Shown piece by piece: positions 1 through 9,288 of a stretch of DNA of 64,000 bases. The notes below the pieces were generated by a model, which saw only the letters and a program-made list of their open reading frames with translations, had not been told where the DNA came from and ran no database searches. Within the stretch, counting starts at the first letter, position 1; every line of letters begins with the position of its first letter. Source of the DNA: an uncultured virus (IMG/VR IMGVR_UViG_2061766007_003336) (lineage: Duplodnaviria > Heunggongvirae > Uroviricota > Caudoviricetes). The stretch lies in IMG/VR virus record IMGVR_UViG_2061766007_003336; one strand, written 5' to 3'. The translations under genes were made by a program, and so were the position numbers.

Positions 1-41
1 GCCCCCCTTCCTGGGGGGGGGCTTGCCTGTTCTTTTTTTTT
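1..41 (+). terminator. Intrinsic terminator of an upstream gene (may be cut by the window edge)
   Basis: GC hairpin gcccccc-ttcct-ggggggggggc followed shortly by a T run. Confidence 0.55.
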
Positions 42-87
42 GGATTCTATATCGTTGGCCTTTTTTTTACTCAAAACGGCACTCTCT

Positions 88-102
88 AAATTGATATAAA
101 TA
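88..102 (+). promoter_or_regulatory. Plus-strand phage promoter-like motif, copy 1
   Basis: aaattgatataaata, matches the motif at 7743, 18087, 19590 and 51077; lies upstream of the first gene of a plus-strand block. Confidence 0.5.
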
Positions 103-156
103 ATTGAGGCGAAGGATGCCTTTAGAAAATTGATTCACTAAAAAGGAGGAAAAAAA

Positions 157-1485
157 ATGGAAAACGTCAACAACAACAAGATTTTTGCGGACGCACTCCG
201 CAAGGCTTTTATTGAAGAACGCGGCCTTACACAGGCAGCACTCACAAGGCTGCTGCAGCTGCCGCCTTCAACCGTCCACAACTGGCTGAGCGGGAGAGCG
301 GTGCCGAGGCCAAGGTTGTTCAACGACCTGAACATCCAGCTTGAGGGAGGTTGGCCTCCTGAAGTCTGGGAGGCTTACCACAGTCTCCAGAAGCCTAAGG
401 CCGCACCTGCACTGGAACCCAAGCCTGTGACAACGTTAGTTGTCAAGCTGGTAGAGGAAACCCCAGCGGTGCCAGCTGAACCTACAGCTGCTACGGAACC
501 TGCTGTAACACCGACGGCACCGGCCGGCAGACGCAGCTACGGCCGTCGCAAAATAGGCCCCTGGCTGCTCCAGGCGAGGGAGATGGCTAACAAGCCGCAG
601 GCCGAGGTTGCGGCTTATGTCGGCGTGATCCCTTCAATCATCTCCCAGTGGGAGCATGACAAGTGGGCTCCGTCTCAAGCGCAGCTTGAGAAATTGAAAG
701 AGCTGCTCGGGGTTGATTTCGACACGAGACCGCTGCAGTCGAAATATCAGCCCGAAGCTCAGGCTGCTGCGGACGTAAAAGAGGCAGTCATCAAGCCGCC
801 GCGCAGGCCTAGGCTTGAAACATTGCTCAAAGCCTGTCAGCCGGACTCAGGCAATGAGCCGATAAAGCTTAATCAGCAGGCTCTTCGGAACCTGGTGGAA
901 GTATGCCACGGCGTAGCTCAACTAGAAGAGCGCAAAGCGGCGCTCATTTCTCAGCTGCTCGAGCCGGAGAAAAAGCTCACGGCCAGGGAGCGTCTTGCTC
1001 ATCTTGCAGACCCGCAGGAAGGCCCGCTGCGTTCTATAAGTGCGGAATCGGGAATCCGATCCTTCGGCCAAATACTGACCACGTCGCTCGCGGGCTGGAG
1101 CAATGATGACAAAGTCAGTTTGACAGGATTAGCCCTGTCAAGGCTGACAGCTCTTGAGCAGGGCGAGACGCCGTCGGCTCAGGAGAGCATAAAACTGCTC
1201 CAGGATCTCGGTCTCGAAGCAGAAGACCTATTCCCCTGCGGACGCTTCGACGACGGATTCCCTGAGCTGCTCAGAGAAATTCTCGAAGAGGCTCAGGTGT
1301 CGACCGCGGAGTTCGCTAAAGTTACGGGTCTCAACCTTGGTCGGGTTGAGAACTGGCTGCAGGAAGAAACTGTTCCGAATAAGGCCGAAATAGGCATCAT
1401 ATCAGGAACCTGCGGTCTCAGCTACAACGCTGTCTGGAACTCAGTGTACAGACCGGATCAGCCGGTCTGGGAAAAAAGAAGGTAA
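157..1485 (+). CDS. Multi-domain XRE/Cro helix-turn-helix protein
   Basis: RBS aaggagg; repeated XRE-type HTHs (LTQAALTRLLQLPPSTVHNWLSGRAVP; PQAEVAAYVGVIPSIISQWEHDKWAP; STAEFAKVTGLNLGRVENWLQEETVP) with Pro/Ala-rich linkers. Confidence 0.85.
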   Translation: MENVNNNKIFADALRKAFIEERGLTQAALTRLLQLPPSTVHNWLSGRAVPRPRLFNDLNIQLEGGWPPEVWEAYHSLQKPKAAPALEPKPVTTLVVKLVEETPAVPAEPTAATEPAVTPTAPAGRRSYGRRKIGPWLLQAREMANKPQAEVAAYVGVIPSIISQWEHDKWAPSQAQLEKLKELLGVDFDTRPLQSKYQPEAQAAADVKEAVIKPPRRPRLETLLKACQPDSGNEPIKLNQQALRNLVEVCHGVAQLEERKAALISQLLEPEKKLTARERLAHLADPQEGPLRSISAESGIRSFGQILTTSLAGWSNDDKVSLTGLALSRLTALEQGETPSAQESIKLLQDLGLEAEDLFPCGRFDDGFPELLREILEEAQVSTAEFAKVTGLNLGRVENWLQEETVPNKAEIGIISGTCGLSYNAVWNSVYRPDQPVWEKRR

Positions 1486-1508
1486 AATTGAAAACTAAGG
1501 AGAGAAGA

Positions 1509-2342
1509 ATGGCAAAGATTTTTACACACGGCGTAAGAGCTCACGCCGATGAAATGTGGGCTTGCGGCGTTCTCATCGCTATGCGCCCCGATATTCAGTT
1601 TGATGAGATTATCAGAGACGCCAAGCGCGTCTCTGAAGCGACAGACGAGGACTTTGTCGTCGACTGCGGTGGGAAGCACGACGGCAAACATCTGTTTGAC
1701 CACCACCAGTTCGGCGGTGGTTATGACGTTCCCTGTGCACTCACCCTGGTGTGCAGAGCGTTTGCTCCGCACCTCTTGGATGATAAAGAATTCAAGGGGT
1801 GCTTTGAGCGTATTCGCGTACAGGATACGCAGGGGCTGCCGACTGCTGAAAAGGTATTCGGTAAATCAGACCCCTACGTGGAAGGGGAGCGGGTTCTCAT
1901 TCAGGAGTTTGAGGAAAACCCGCTCCTCGTCGCCGGCATCATTGCTCGGCGAGTCCTGAGGAAGAAGGCGGAGATCGACGAGTCTGAGAGGGCCAAAGAA
2001 TGGCTCTCAGCTCGTTACAGGGTAGAGATCGTCAACGACCTTACGGTCGTTGCCGTGGAAGAGAACCCGTTTAAAGCGGGGTTCAGCGTCGATGCCTTCA
2101 ATCTGGCGCTGAACGCGGTAGCCGACGCCGAGGTGGCCGACATCACCTACAGCTGGATTCCTGACGATCCTGCCGGAACAGGCCGGACGCTGTTCAGGAC
2201 GAAAGTCGGCACCGCAAAACGTGTCAACTTCGGTAAGGCGGAGCCTGCAAGCTTGGTGTTTTGTCACAGCACCGGTTTTTTGCTTGCTTTCCAGCCGGAA
2301 AACGAGCAGGAATACCGTAGACTTATTAAGGACTCTATTTAA
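1509..2342 (+). CDS. MYG1-family (DHH-type) nuclease/hydrolase
   Basis: Motifs THG..HADE, R(D), VVDCGG.HD, FDHHQ typical of MYG1; ATG at 1509 after aaggagag. Confidence 0.75.
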   Translation: MAKIFTHGVRAHADEMWACGVLIAMRPDIQFDEIIRDAKRVSEATDEDFVVDCGGKHDGKHLFDHHQFGGGYDVPCALTLVCRAFAPHLLDDKEFKGCFERIRVQDTQGLPTAEKVFGKSDPYVEGERVLIQEFEENPLLVAGIIARRVLRKKAEIDESERAKEWLSARYRVEIVNDLTVVAVEENPFKAGFSVDAFNLALNAVADAEVADITYSWIPDDPAGTGRTLFRTKVGTAKRVNFGKAEPASLVFCHSTGFLLAFQPENEQEYRRLIKDSI

Positions 2343-2352
2343 GGAGGCAAAT

Positions 2353-2565
2353 ATGAAAGAGGTAAAGTCTAATAATCCAGTCGGTGGCGGCATCGGTTTC
2401 TGCGGACTGCTCACCATTGTTTTCATTACCCTTAAGCTCACAGGAGTCATCACCTGGTCATGGTGGTGGGTGCTGGCGCCCCTCTGGGCTCCAATCGCAG
2501 TGGCCCTGATAGGCCTTCTGATTGTCGGCGGGATTATTGTTAACAACGTGAGGAGGGGTAAATGA
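2353..2565 (+). CDS. Small membrane protein
   Basis: RBS aaggagg; GGIGFCGLLTIVFITLKLTGVITWSWWWVLAPLW, a hydrophobic pattern common in small phage proteins. Confidence 0.8.
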   Translation: MKEVKSNNPVGGGIGFCGLLTIVFITLKLTGVITWSWWWVLAPLWAPIAVALIGLLIVGGIIVNNVRRGK

Positions 2566-2798
2566 GCAAGTTCTTTACAGTCCTGAGAACCCTGCTGATA
2601 TGCGGGGTCCTCGGGTTTGGTGTCGCGTACATGTGTGTGCGTGAATTAGATAAGGACGTCGCCCGAATATGCGGCGACACGCCTTATGAAACCGCGCCTC
2701 AACTGTGTATCTCGTGGTGGGAGGACCACGGGACAGCAGTTCCTGAGGAGGTGAAAGAAACTATCTTCCGTAATGCTGCGGAAAATCAGGAAGAGTGA
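2562..2798 (+). CDS. Small protein with N-terminal hydrophobic helix
   Basis: Overlaps upstream stop; RBS gaggagggg. Confidence 0.65.
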   Translation: MSKFFTVLRTLLICGVLGFGVAYMCVRELDKDVARICGDTPYETAPQLCISWWEDHGTAVPEEVKETIFRNAAENQEE

Positions 2799-3075
2799 AA
2801 CGGGTCTACCACCGCCCGTATCACATATATAGTGCAGCCGTTCAGGCCCGTCAGACAAGGCCAGCGTCTGCATTTCCCCGGGCATGAGCCCGTCTTACAG
2901 TCAGTCAATTAAACTGCGCTTTTCCGGGAGTCGGCGCAGTTTCCCTTAATCGTATCCAGACTTCCGGGTTCCGGCAGGCCGGGCCGGTGGTGACAAAAAG
3001 ACAAGCAAGCCAAATGACTGAAAAAAAAGACCGTTTCCGCCTTCCGGCCAGGCGGAACTTTTTAAGGAGAGCAGA

Positions 3076-3228
3076 ATGGAAAAAGAAAATTGGATGCAGG
3101 GCATGCCTGCACAATTAGTTGATGCCTACCTGAACGGCAACATCGGAGAGGTTGACTTTCTCTCTGATGGCAGCCTGCCATATCAGGAAGGCAACGCCGA
3201 CGCCGCTGAAGCGGCCGAGGCAGAATAA
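3076..3228 (+). CDS. 50-aa acidic peptide (not in ORF track)
   Basis: aaggagag RBS, ATG at 3076, MEKENWMQGMPAQLVDAYLNG...AEAAEAE*, followed by a terminator. Confidence 0.65.
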   Translation: MEKENWMQGMPAQLVDAYLNGNIGEVDFLSDGSLPYQEGNADAAEAAEAE

Positions 3229-3232
3229 GAGT

Positions 3233-3270
3233 AGAACTGCGGATCTGAACTGGTCCGCAGTTTCTTTTTT
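3233..3270 (+). terminator. Intrinsic terminator
   Basis: aactgcgga / tccgcagtt stem followed by a T run. Confidence 0.75.
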
Positions 3271-3322
3271 TCCGGTCTAAGGCGGGCTCAGAATAGTTCT
3301 GTTTTTGCGTTATCAGAATTTG

Positions 3323-3696
3323 ATGAGATTTTATTAACCTTTAGTGGAGAAAAAATCTCATGTGGCCAACGTAGACTAGCCCTGGGTGAGCAAGCGTTCA
3401 TCCAGGGCGCAAATCCACATAGTGCCCGTAAGGCAACCACAGTGGGGAGTTGCTGGAAAAAGCCGCTAGATAGAAAATTCGGGTCTGCGGATAACCGCCT
3501 TTAGGCGATACTCAACAGCCGGTGACCACCGGCTAAAACGAGAGCCAACTCGTTAGAAAAAGCAACAGTCTGGTGTCAAGAGATCTCCTACCAGACGCAC
3601 TCAGGAATGAGTGAAAAGTAGAAGCTCATCCGGAACTCCCAGACAGACAGTTTAACAGTTCCTGCTAGCAGGGCTGTTACTACTGTCTGTTTCTGG
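3323..3696 (+). ncRNA. Candidate large structured non-coding RNA (family unknown)
   Basis: ORF-free ~370 nt with about ten hairpins, GNRA-type loops (GTAA, GGAA) and a long-range gggagtt/aactccc pairing. Confidence 0.5.
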
Positions 3697-3743
3697 CCGG
3701 GCCTAAAATGTTATTTTTTAACGCATTTTGAAGGGAGGGAAAA

Positions 3744-3980
3744 ATGCGTGATATGTATAAAGAGCTCGAAGACTTCCTCTTCGGTGAAAAACCGAAAGCG
3801 GAGCTCCGAGCTCCAAAACCCAGTTGGGAATGGTTTTCGGACTGGGTCTGGGATGCACCGCGGTGGGCTCTTAAAGAGCCAGCCAAGGCGGTAGCATTCC
3901 AGCCTCAGGTCCGAAAGCCCTGGGCTGGTAGAATGGGTTTTAGCCCAGCGGCTTTCGCCGCCTGCGGCAAAACCCGTTAG
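3744..3980 (+). CDS. Small Trp-rich hypothetical protein
   Basis: RBS agggaggg; followed directly by a terminator. Confidence 0.6.
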   Translation: MRDMYKELEDFLFGEKPKAELRAPKPSWEWFSDWVWDAPRWALKEPAKAVAFQPQVRKPWAGRMGFSPAAFAACGKTR

Positions 3981-3982
3981 AC

Positions 3983-4042
3983 GTCGGGGCGGCAACGCCC
4001 CCGACTTTTTTCCATACAAAAACTCCCCCGTTTCCGGGGGAG
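3983..4042. terminator. Back-to-back terminators between convergent blocks
   Basis: gtcggggc-ggcaac-gcccccgac-tttttt (plus) then aaaaa-ctccccc-gtttcc-gggggag (minus). Confidence 0.75.
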
Positions 4043-4077
4043 CGATTCTCAGGTCTTTATTTTTTTCAGGGGGTCTT

Positions 4078-4437
4078 TTATTGCGGGGGGATAGTTGCGG
4101 AGGGCTGAACCGATACTGCGACGCCCGCCTGGTGAAGCAGAGCCTGTTCGCGGAACAGGGCGCGTATGTCTTTCATTACCTCCGTGTTGCTTTTCAGAAC
4201 GGCTGAGTTCTCGTTCAGGGTAGCTGTCAGGATGCGGTTCTGCTCAGCATATTTGGCCTGAACCTCCTTGTCGGAGTTACTGCGTTCCTGGTGGAATTTC
4301 ATTATTACATCCCTCAGTTCCTTTTCAAGAGCGTTGGTACGCTTGTAGAGATGAATGACACACACAACCAACGCACCTATAATCGTATAGGTTACCCCGT
4401 ATTCTGACAACATAGGGGTGATCGTCGTCATGTCCAT
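4078..4437 (-). CDS. Holin-like protein (one TM helix plus coiled coil)
   Basis: YGVTYTIIGALVVCVIHLY hydrophobic helix followed by coiled coil, BhlA/UviB-like layout; last gene of a minus-strand unit. Confidence 0.5.
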   Translation of the reverse strand: MDMTTITPMLSEYGVTYTIIGALVVCVIHLYKRTNALEKELRDVIMKFHQERSNSDKEVQAKYAEQNRILTATLNENSAVLKSNTEVMKDIRALFREQALLHQAGVAVSVQPSATIPPQ

Positions 4438-4449
4438 AGTACTGCCTCC

Positions 4450-5475
4450 TTACCACTGTGCCTTAACTGTTATGGTTGTTCCTGCTTTTACAGTACTGGT
4501 GTTCGGAACAGTCAGGCTGAGCAAATGCGTGGAAGAGTCAATCTCGAAGTCAATATTGAACACATCCGCTTCAGTACCTGTCGGATGCCCAGTGCCTTTT
4601 ACGTAGTAGTCAACAAGAGAAAGAGAATCAGATTCAATGGCTCCGTCAACAACTGCTGCGGTAACTACACCGAAAGTCGAGTAGGCTGATCCTGAAGCAG
4701 TGCAGTTAATGCAACAGGTGAACTTAAGCAGGCCCGTGAAACCGGTAAAGTCCTTATCCGGCATTCCGCGGAAACTGCCGGTGTCTGCAGCAATAGTAGT
4801 GCCGGAAGCATCACTGTCTTCCGTAACCGTGAATCTGCCGTAGTCACAGTTGTTATAGATCTGGTTAGCAAGTGCTGTGAGCGCTTCCGTTACAGTTTCG
4901 TTACCGGTAAGGTAATGCCCTGCAGTACCAGGGTCATAGTCAACTTCGGAACCCTTGGTTGCAGTCATCAGTTCAACTGAATAATCGCCGGCTATGTGCG
5001 GGTCACTCTGGGCAATTCCCACGCAGATGTATGACTCATGCCCAAATATATCAATTCCGTCAGTAATTGTTACGAGAACGATATCGCCGACCTTAGCGTT
5101 AGCCTGTTCTGTAAGAAGTTTAGCCTGGGCTGCAGCTTCTGCTCCTGCGCGGGTAGCACTTGTCGTGTGGTAAACTGTTCCGGAAATCGCGCCGTTAAAA
5201 ATCGGTGTCCATTCTGCGGGAGTAGCACCTACAGGGGCTGCGGAGCAGTATTTCAGAACAAAATTGGCATGATCATACCACAGGTCACCTTCCTTAGGAT
5301 TAGTCGGTTCAACCAGATAGACTTTACCGTAAATGCCGCCGAGGGTGGTTTCAAGGTCGCTGTTGCCAAGTGTGGTACCAGTGGCAACGGTTTTCGTGTT
5401 AACAAAAATATCGTTTGACCGTACAGCGTATCTCCTGCTTGTAGCAAGAGTTCCAGTCGGAGTTACTGTAGCCAT
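4450..5475 (-). CDS. Putative virion fibre/structural protein
   Basis: Thr/Ala/Gly-rich; EPTNPKEGDLWYD motif common in fibre proteins. Confidence 0.5.
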   Translation of the reverse strand: MATVTPTGTLATSRRYAVRSNDIFVNTKTVATGTTLGNSDLETTLGGIYGKVYLVEPTNPKEGDLWYDHANFVLKYCSAAPVGATPAEWTPIFNGAISGTVYHTTSATRAGAEAAAQAKLLTEQANAKVGDIVLVTITDGIDIFGHESYICVGIAQSDPHIAGDYSVELMTATKGSEVDYDPGTAGHYLTGNETVTEALTALANQIYNNCDYGRFTVTEDSDASGTTIAADTGSFRGMPDKDFTGFTGLLKFTCCINCTASGSAYSTFGVVTAAVVDGAIESDSLSLVDYYVKGTGHPTGTEADVFNIDFEIDSSTHLLSLTVPNTSTVKAGTTITVKAQW

Positions 5476-5493
5476 AATTCGCCTCCATAATTA

Positions 5494-6072
5494 TTATATT
5501 GTTAGTGTCGTTTTCTTATATACCCACATATATGCCTTCCAGCCTGATACGTCGCCGATCAGACCCGTTCCGTGACAGCGCACGGTTATGCTTCCTTCAT
5601 TATATTCAATAAATCCTGCCGGACTAAAATCATCAGTATTTATGTTAACGTCAAGGAACCAGGAGCTGTACGGCTGCGGTTCTTCAATGTCGTTATTCCA
5701 AGTAAATACAGTCGTGAATGTTCCGTCAGGACCCACTGCCGTCATTCTGCAGGATGCTATATCAGCATACTCCAACCCCGAAGGAAGATCTGAAAATACA
5801 AAATTCAGGTAGCCGTCTGAAAGGAAAACATGCCTGCTCTCGAGACATGGAACAGGGAAATCTGTTCCGGTCTGTGAATCTATATAATGTATCAGCTGCG
5901 GCAGTGTCAGACGGCGTACAGGGAATACCGGATCGCTTGATCCCGGAACGGTACGTCCGGGAACCGGGGAGGTCTCGTCCTGAACTATAAAGACGATGTT
6001 ATCATAGTGGGGGTCAGCCAGTTTGTCCTTTTGATCGAACAGAACTTTTTTTAACTGATTTATCGTCGTCAT
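5494..6072 (-). CDS. Hypothetical protein
   Basis: ATG at 6072 (MTTINQ) with ggagga RBS, downstream of a sigma70-type promoter. Confidence 0.75.
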   Translation of the reverse strand: MTTINQLKKVLFDQKDKLADPHYDNIVFIVQDETSPVPGRTVPGSSDPVFPVRRLTLPQLIHYIDSQTGTDFPVPCLESRHVFLSDGYLNFVFSDLPSGLEYADIASCRMTAVGPDGTFTTVFTWNNDIEEPQPYSSWFLDVNINTDDFSPAGFIEYNEGSITVRCHGTGLIGDVSGWKAYMWVYKKTTLTI

Positions 6073-6106
6073 CCCATCCTCCGCATACAGGACCTCATAC
6101 ACCTTA

Positions 6107-6135
6107 AGTATATATTTCTACCCGGCCAGCGTCAA
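6107..6135 (-). promoter_or_regulatory. sigma70-type promoter
   Basis: TTGACG-N17-TATACT on the minus strand. Confidence 0.75.
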
Positions 6136-6153
6136 GGCTGACGATAGTGATTT

Positions 6154-6531
6154 TCACTCATCCAGCGGCTTCAGCAGGTTTCTCAGAAACCCGGAAAACT
6201 TGCTGATGCTGTTGATAACATACACGTCACAGTACGGCTGAAGATTGGAGAAGCTTATCGTCTGGTTCTTGCTGAGCTTTCCCGAAGGCTTCTTCAGCTC
6301 AATGTACGCGGTATGCTTATCACAGCATACGTCTTCCCAGTGAACGATCAAATCAGGAAGGACAAGGTCAGTCTCTTTATCGGGTAGTTTGTATGCGTAG
6401 CAGCCGGAAAGGTTCAGCGTATCGAGCACAAGTTTTTCAAAATCACGCTCGGTCCACCCGTCCCATAGTGTCTTGTCGTCCAGACCATCGAACGTATGTA
6501 TGTAAGCTTTTATTTTTTCCGTATCAATCAC
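6154..6531 (-). CDS. VRR-NUC / PD-(D/E)xK nuclease
   Basis: LPDLIV...YIELKKPSGKLSKNQ is the VRR-NUC signature. Confidence 0.75.
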   Translation of the reverse strand: MIDTEKIKAYIHTFDGLDDKTLWDGWTERDFEKLVLDTLNLSGCYAYKLPDKETDLVLPDLIVHWEDVCCDKHTAYIELKKPSGKLSKNQTISFSNLQPYCDVYVINSISKFSGFLRNLLKPLDE

Positions 6532-7664
6532 GATATGTCTCCCGGTTCCCAGTAGTCATAGCCAGTCCCGAGCGCTGCGGTTCTCTGCGCTTCATATTTG
6601 GTAATGAATGCACGCACCGCGCTGCTGATAAGCTGTCGGTTCGATTCAGCGCTTTTGGCCGTTTTGGTAATTGATTTGTAAACTTTCGACTTGTAGTAGC
6701 CGGATATGTTTCCGGTAACTGCCGGGGCATGTGCAGTTTCCGCTCCTGCCAGACTGGAAATTACCGTTCCGCTGGAAGTGGTTGCCGCGGCAAGGCAGCC
6801 GTCAGCCACACCCTGAGAGTCAGTACCCCAGGTCAGTTCAGCTGATCCGAATACGTCCGGATTGGTGTCCTGGATGTCAGTCGGATTAACTATCCGGATA
6901 TAGACACTTTCATCCAGACGTTCAGTACTGCCGTCGGTATTGTCACTCTTAACTGTAAGGAACATATTTTTAGGCAGACTCAGTACTGCTCCGGTTTCGT
7001 CCGTGATCTCTTTAACGAATGCCGTGACGATGAATATTCTGGATGCGTTGGAGGAATCCGACGTAAACGACGTCACCCTGGTCTGCAGCGTAATTCTGAG
7101 CCTGGATCCTTCCAGGACGGCTTCATCATAACCTTCAGGATAGCGTAATGTGTCCATGCTGGTAGTAACCCTGACGCAGTCCCTGTATCCGTCGACCAGG
7201 GCTTTGATGGCTGTGTCGGTAGCGGTTCTGTCTGAGTTGATTCCCGGAACAAGATCCTTAACCACTTTAACAGGGGAGACAAACAGGCCTTCGGGGGAGC
7301 ACTCCGATACGGGTATTTCTGCATCATTCACCTGTTTCCAGGCCTCTTCGTCCCACGGTGCAGGGCCGCCGTCCGGAACCGGAGCCGCCACTGCAAGATC
7401 CTGCCAGTAAAGACTTGAGCCGTTCGGTTTTACCCTGTTGGTCAGATTAAAGTGCTCAGGGCATGCAACACCTATAAAGGTGCTCTCCGACACTTTTACT
7501 GTTTCACCGGCAGTGTCGGGCTTGCGGTACAGAAACAGCGCGTTGTCCATAAACACATTACCGCCTGAAATTCCCATAATGCTGTAAACCGAAGTGATTT
7601 TGTCCTCCCCGGGATTTACGAACGACCTGAATCCCGTTTTATACTGCAGCTTGGCTACCACCAT
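6528..7664 (-). CDS. Hypothetical (possibly structural) protein
   Basis: 378-aa ORF, RBS ggaggaag, own promoter. Confidence 0.75.
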   Translation of the reverse strand: MVVAKLQYKTGFRSFVNPGEDKITSVYSIMGISGGNVFMDNALFLYRKPDTAGETVKVSESTFIGVACPEHFNLTNRVKPNGSSLYWQDLAVAAPVPDGGPAPWDEEAWKQVNDAEIPVSECSPEGLFVSPVKVVKDLVPGINSDRTATDTAIKALVDGYRDCVRVTTSMDTLRYPEGYDEAVLEGSRLRITLQTRVTSFTSDSSNASRIFIVTAFVKEITDETGAVLSLPKNMFLTVKSDNTDGSTERLDESVYIRIVNPTDIQDTNPDVFGSAELTWGTDSQGVADGCLAAATTSSGTVISSLAGAETAHAPAVTGNISGYYKSKVYKSITKTAKSAESNRQLISSAVRAFITKYEAQRTAALGTGYDYWEPGDIS

Positions 7665-7700
7665 CTCTTCCTCCGTACAAAGTTACGCACACACGCCTGA

Positions 7701-7728
7701 AGTATACTTTGACGCTGAGGTTTTTCAA
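7701..7728 (-). promoter_or_regulatory. sigma70-type promoter
   Basis: TTGAAA-N16-TATACT. Confidence 0.6.
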
Positions 7729-7742
7729 CTTTTGGACCCCCC

Positions 7743-7757
7743 AAAATGTCATAAGTA
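7743..7757 (+). promoter_or_regulatory. Plus-strand phage promoter-like motif, copy 2
   Basis: aaaatgtcataagta, identical to 18087-18101. Confidence 0.65.
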
Positions 7758-7799
7758 AGTGGAGGAATTTTACTGACATCTTATGAAGGAGGAAACAAC

Positions 7800-9275
7800 A
7801 TGTTAGGAACTTTTCAAAAACCGGCCAATGCTGCCTGGGTTACGCTGGCAGGGCCTGAGACGGACCATATCAAATATATGTCCCGAGCGTATATTTCATC
7901 AGGATTAAATTGGGAACCTGAAGTACGGTCTATGTTCTGGACAGGTGCGTTTTACGACCTGAATACGGACACAGTTGAACCGTATGCGCAGGCCTCAACG
8001 GCTCTCTACCGTCTTCTGGGCAAACTTGAGAAGACTGGAAACTGTGACCTCAGACTGACTGCCGGAGCGCCGCTTCCTGTTACAGGGGACTTTGATCTCA
8101 CGGTCGTTCCGTTCAGCAGTAATAGGGAAATGCTCTGGGGTCTGATGCAGGCGAAAGACCATTATTATGAAATCTGCTACACAACGGCAGGAAGCTGCAT
8201 CGTTCTTGCCGCCAACGGATGTGTCCGCTGTGACAATAGTCTAAGATGGCTGGATACTGATGTTTATATCCTGCCTGTCTGCAGCACTTCGAAAAAAACT
8301 GTTCAGTGCTTTAGCGGAGTTAAGCTTGAACGGTATTTTGACATCGAGTCAGGCTGCAGATGCGTCGATTTAGAAATCAATCTGAAATTTGACGGAACCG
8401 AGGAGACAGTCAGGGTACCTCTGTGTCTGTATGCCGATGTCTACAGACCGTCGGCGTTGCCGCTCCGCACAGCCCCGTACTCCGGTCAGATAGACTATAT
8501 GTTCCGACTGGCGCTGGCTTACCGTTCACTGGCGCCTAGGTATAGTAGCGGCTACCTGTTCCCTGAGGGTATCAGTTCGCTTATCAATATTGCAGGGCTG
8601 GCACGCAACGCCGGAATGAAATATTGGTATGACATAGAGCAGATCCGGCAGCAGCTGGCATCAGGTATCGCTGAGTGGGAGAGCACCCCTGATACCACAA
8701 AAGCATTTGAGGAGATTATGGACGGTCCTGTCACTCTGACCCAGTACAAACTGTCAGTCCTGTTTGAGATGGAGATAGCATCAATTCTGTCAGGAACCGG
8801 CGAAGGCATTATCACCAGAGAAGGGTGGAAGCCCGCCCTTAATATCCCGAGACTGGCATCAGTGGCCAGAAGGTATTGGGTGAAGAAACGCAATCTGCCC
8901 GTTACTGTTCTGGAAGACGGATATACCGTACTGTTCCTGACCAGAGCTGACATAGAGGAAGCTCACTCCAATCTTCTGTGGGACAATGATAAAACCGTCG
9001 TGCTTATGCTCCGGCATCGCCGGCCTCTGCCTGTCCGACCCGTGGTGACGTTAAAAGATTTCAAGACAATGCTGACCCAGTGTGCTGATAATATAATGTA
9101 CCCGGAGATGCCTGTCATCAACGGCACGCTTGAGCAGGATTTGTGCCGCTTGATCGAGGATAATACGGGTGACATTTATAAATCAACGTTCGATACGATC
9201 TGTCATAGAGCTGCAGTAGCGGCCTGTCAGCGTATGGTGCACAGGACCTTAGAATATTTCAAACACATTCTGTGA
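7800..9275 (+). CDS. Hypothetical protein A1 (paralog of 10947-12431)
   Basis: RBS aaggagg; shares IDYxxRxA, GW, YxVL, LW and TxKDF motifs with 10947-12431. Confidence 0.85.
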   Translation: MLGTFQKPANAAWVTLAGPETDHIKYMSRAYISSGLNWEPEVRSMFWTGAFYDLNTDTVEPYAQASTALYRLLGKLEKTGNCDLRLTAGAPLPVTGDFDLTVVPFSSNREMLWGLMQAKDHYYEICYTTAGSCIVLAANGCVRCDNSLRWLDTDVYILPVCSTSKKTVQCFSGVKLERYFDIESGCRCVDLEINLKFDGTEETVRVPLCLYADVYRPSALPLRTAPYSGQIDYMFRLALAYRSLAPRYSSGYLFPEGISSLINIAGLARNAGMKYWYDIEQIRQQLASGIAEWESTPDTTKAFEEIMDGPVTLTQYKLSVLFEMEIASILSGTGEGIITREGWKPALNIPRLASVARRYWVKKRNLPVTVLEDGYTVLFLTRADIEEAHSNLLWDNDKTVVLMLRHRRPLPVRPVVTLKDFKTMLTQCADNIMYPEMPVINGTLEQDLCRLIEDNTGDIYKSTFDTICHRAAVAACQRMVHRTLEYFKHIL

Positions 9276-9288
9276 GGAGGAAATAACA

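Noticed and set aside
3323..3696. tmRNA, RNase P RNA, tRNA or self-splicing intron identity for the structured region
   Set aside because: No GAGGAAAGUCC, no T-arm/CCA end, no group II domain V pattern, and no interrupted host gene seen.
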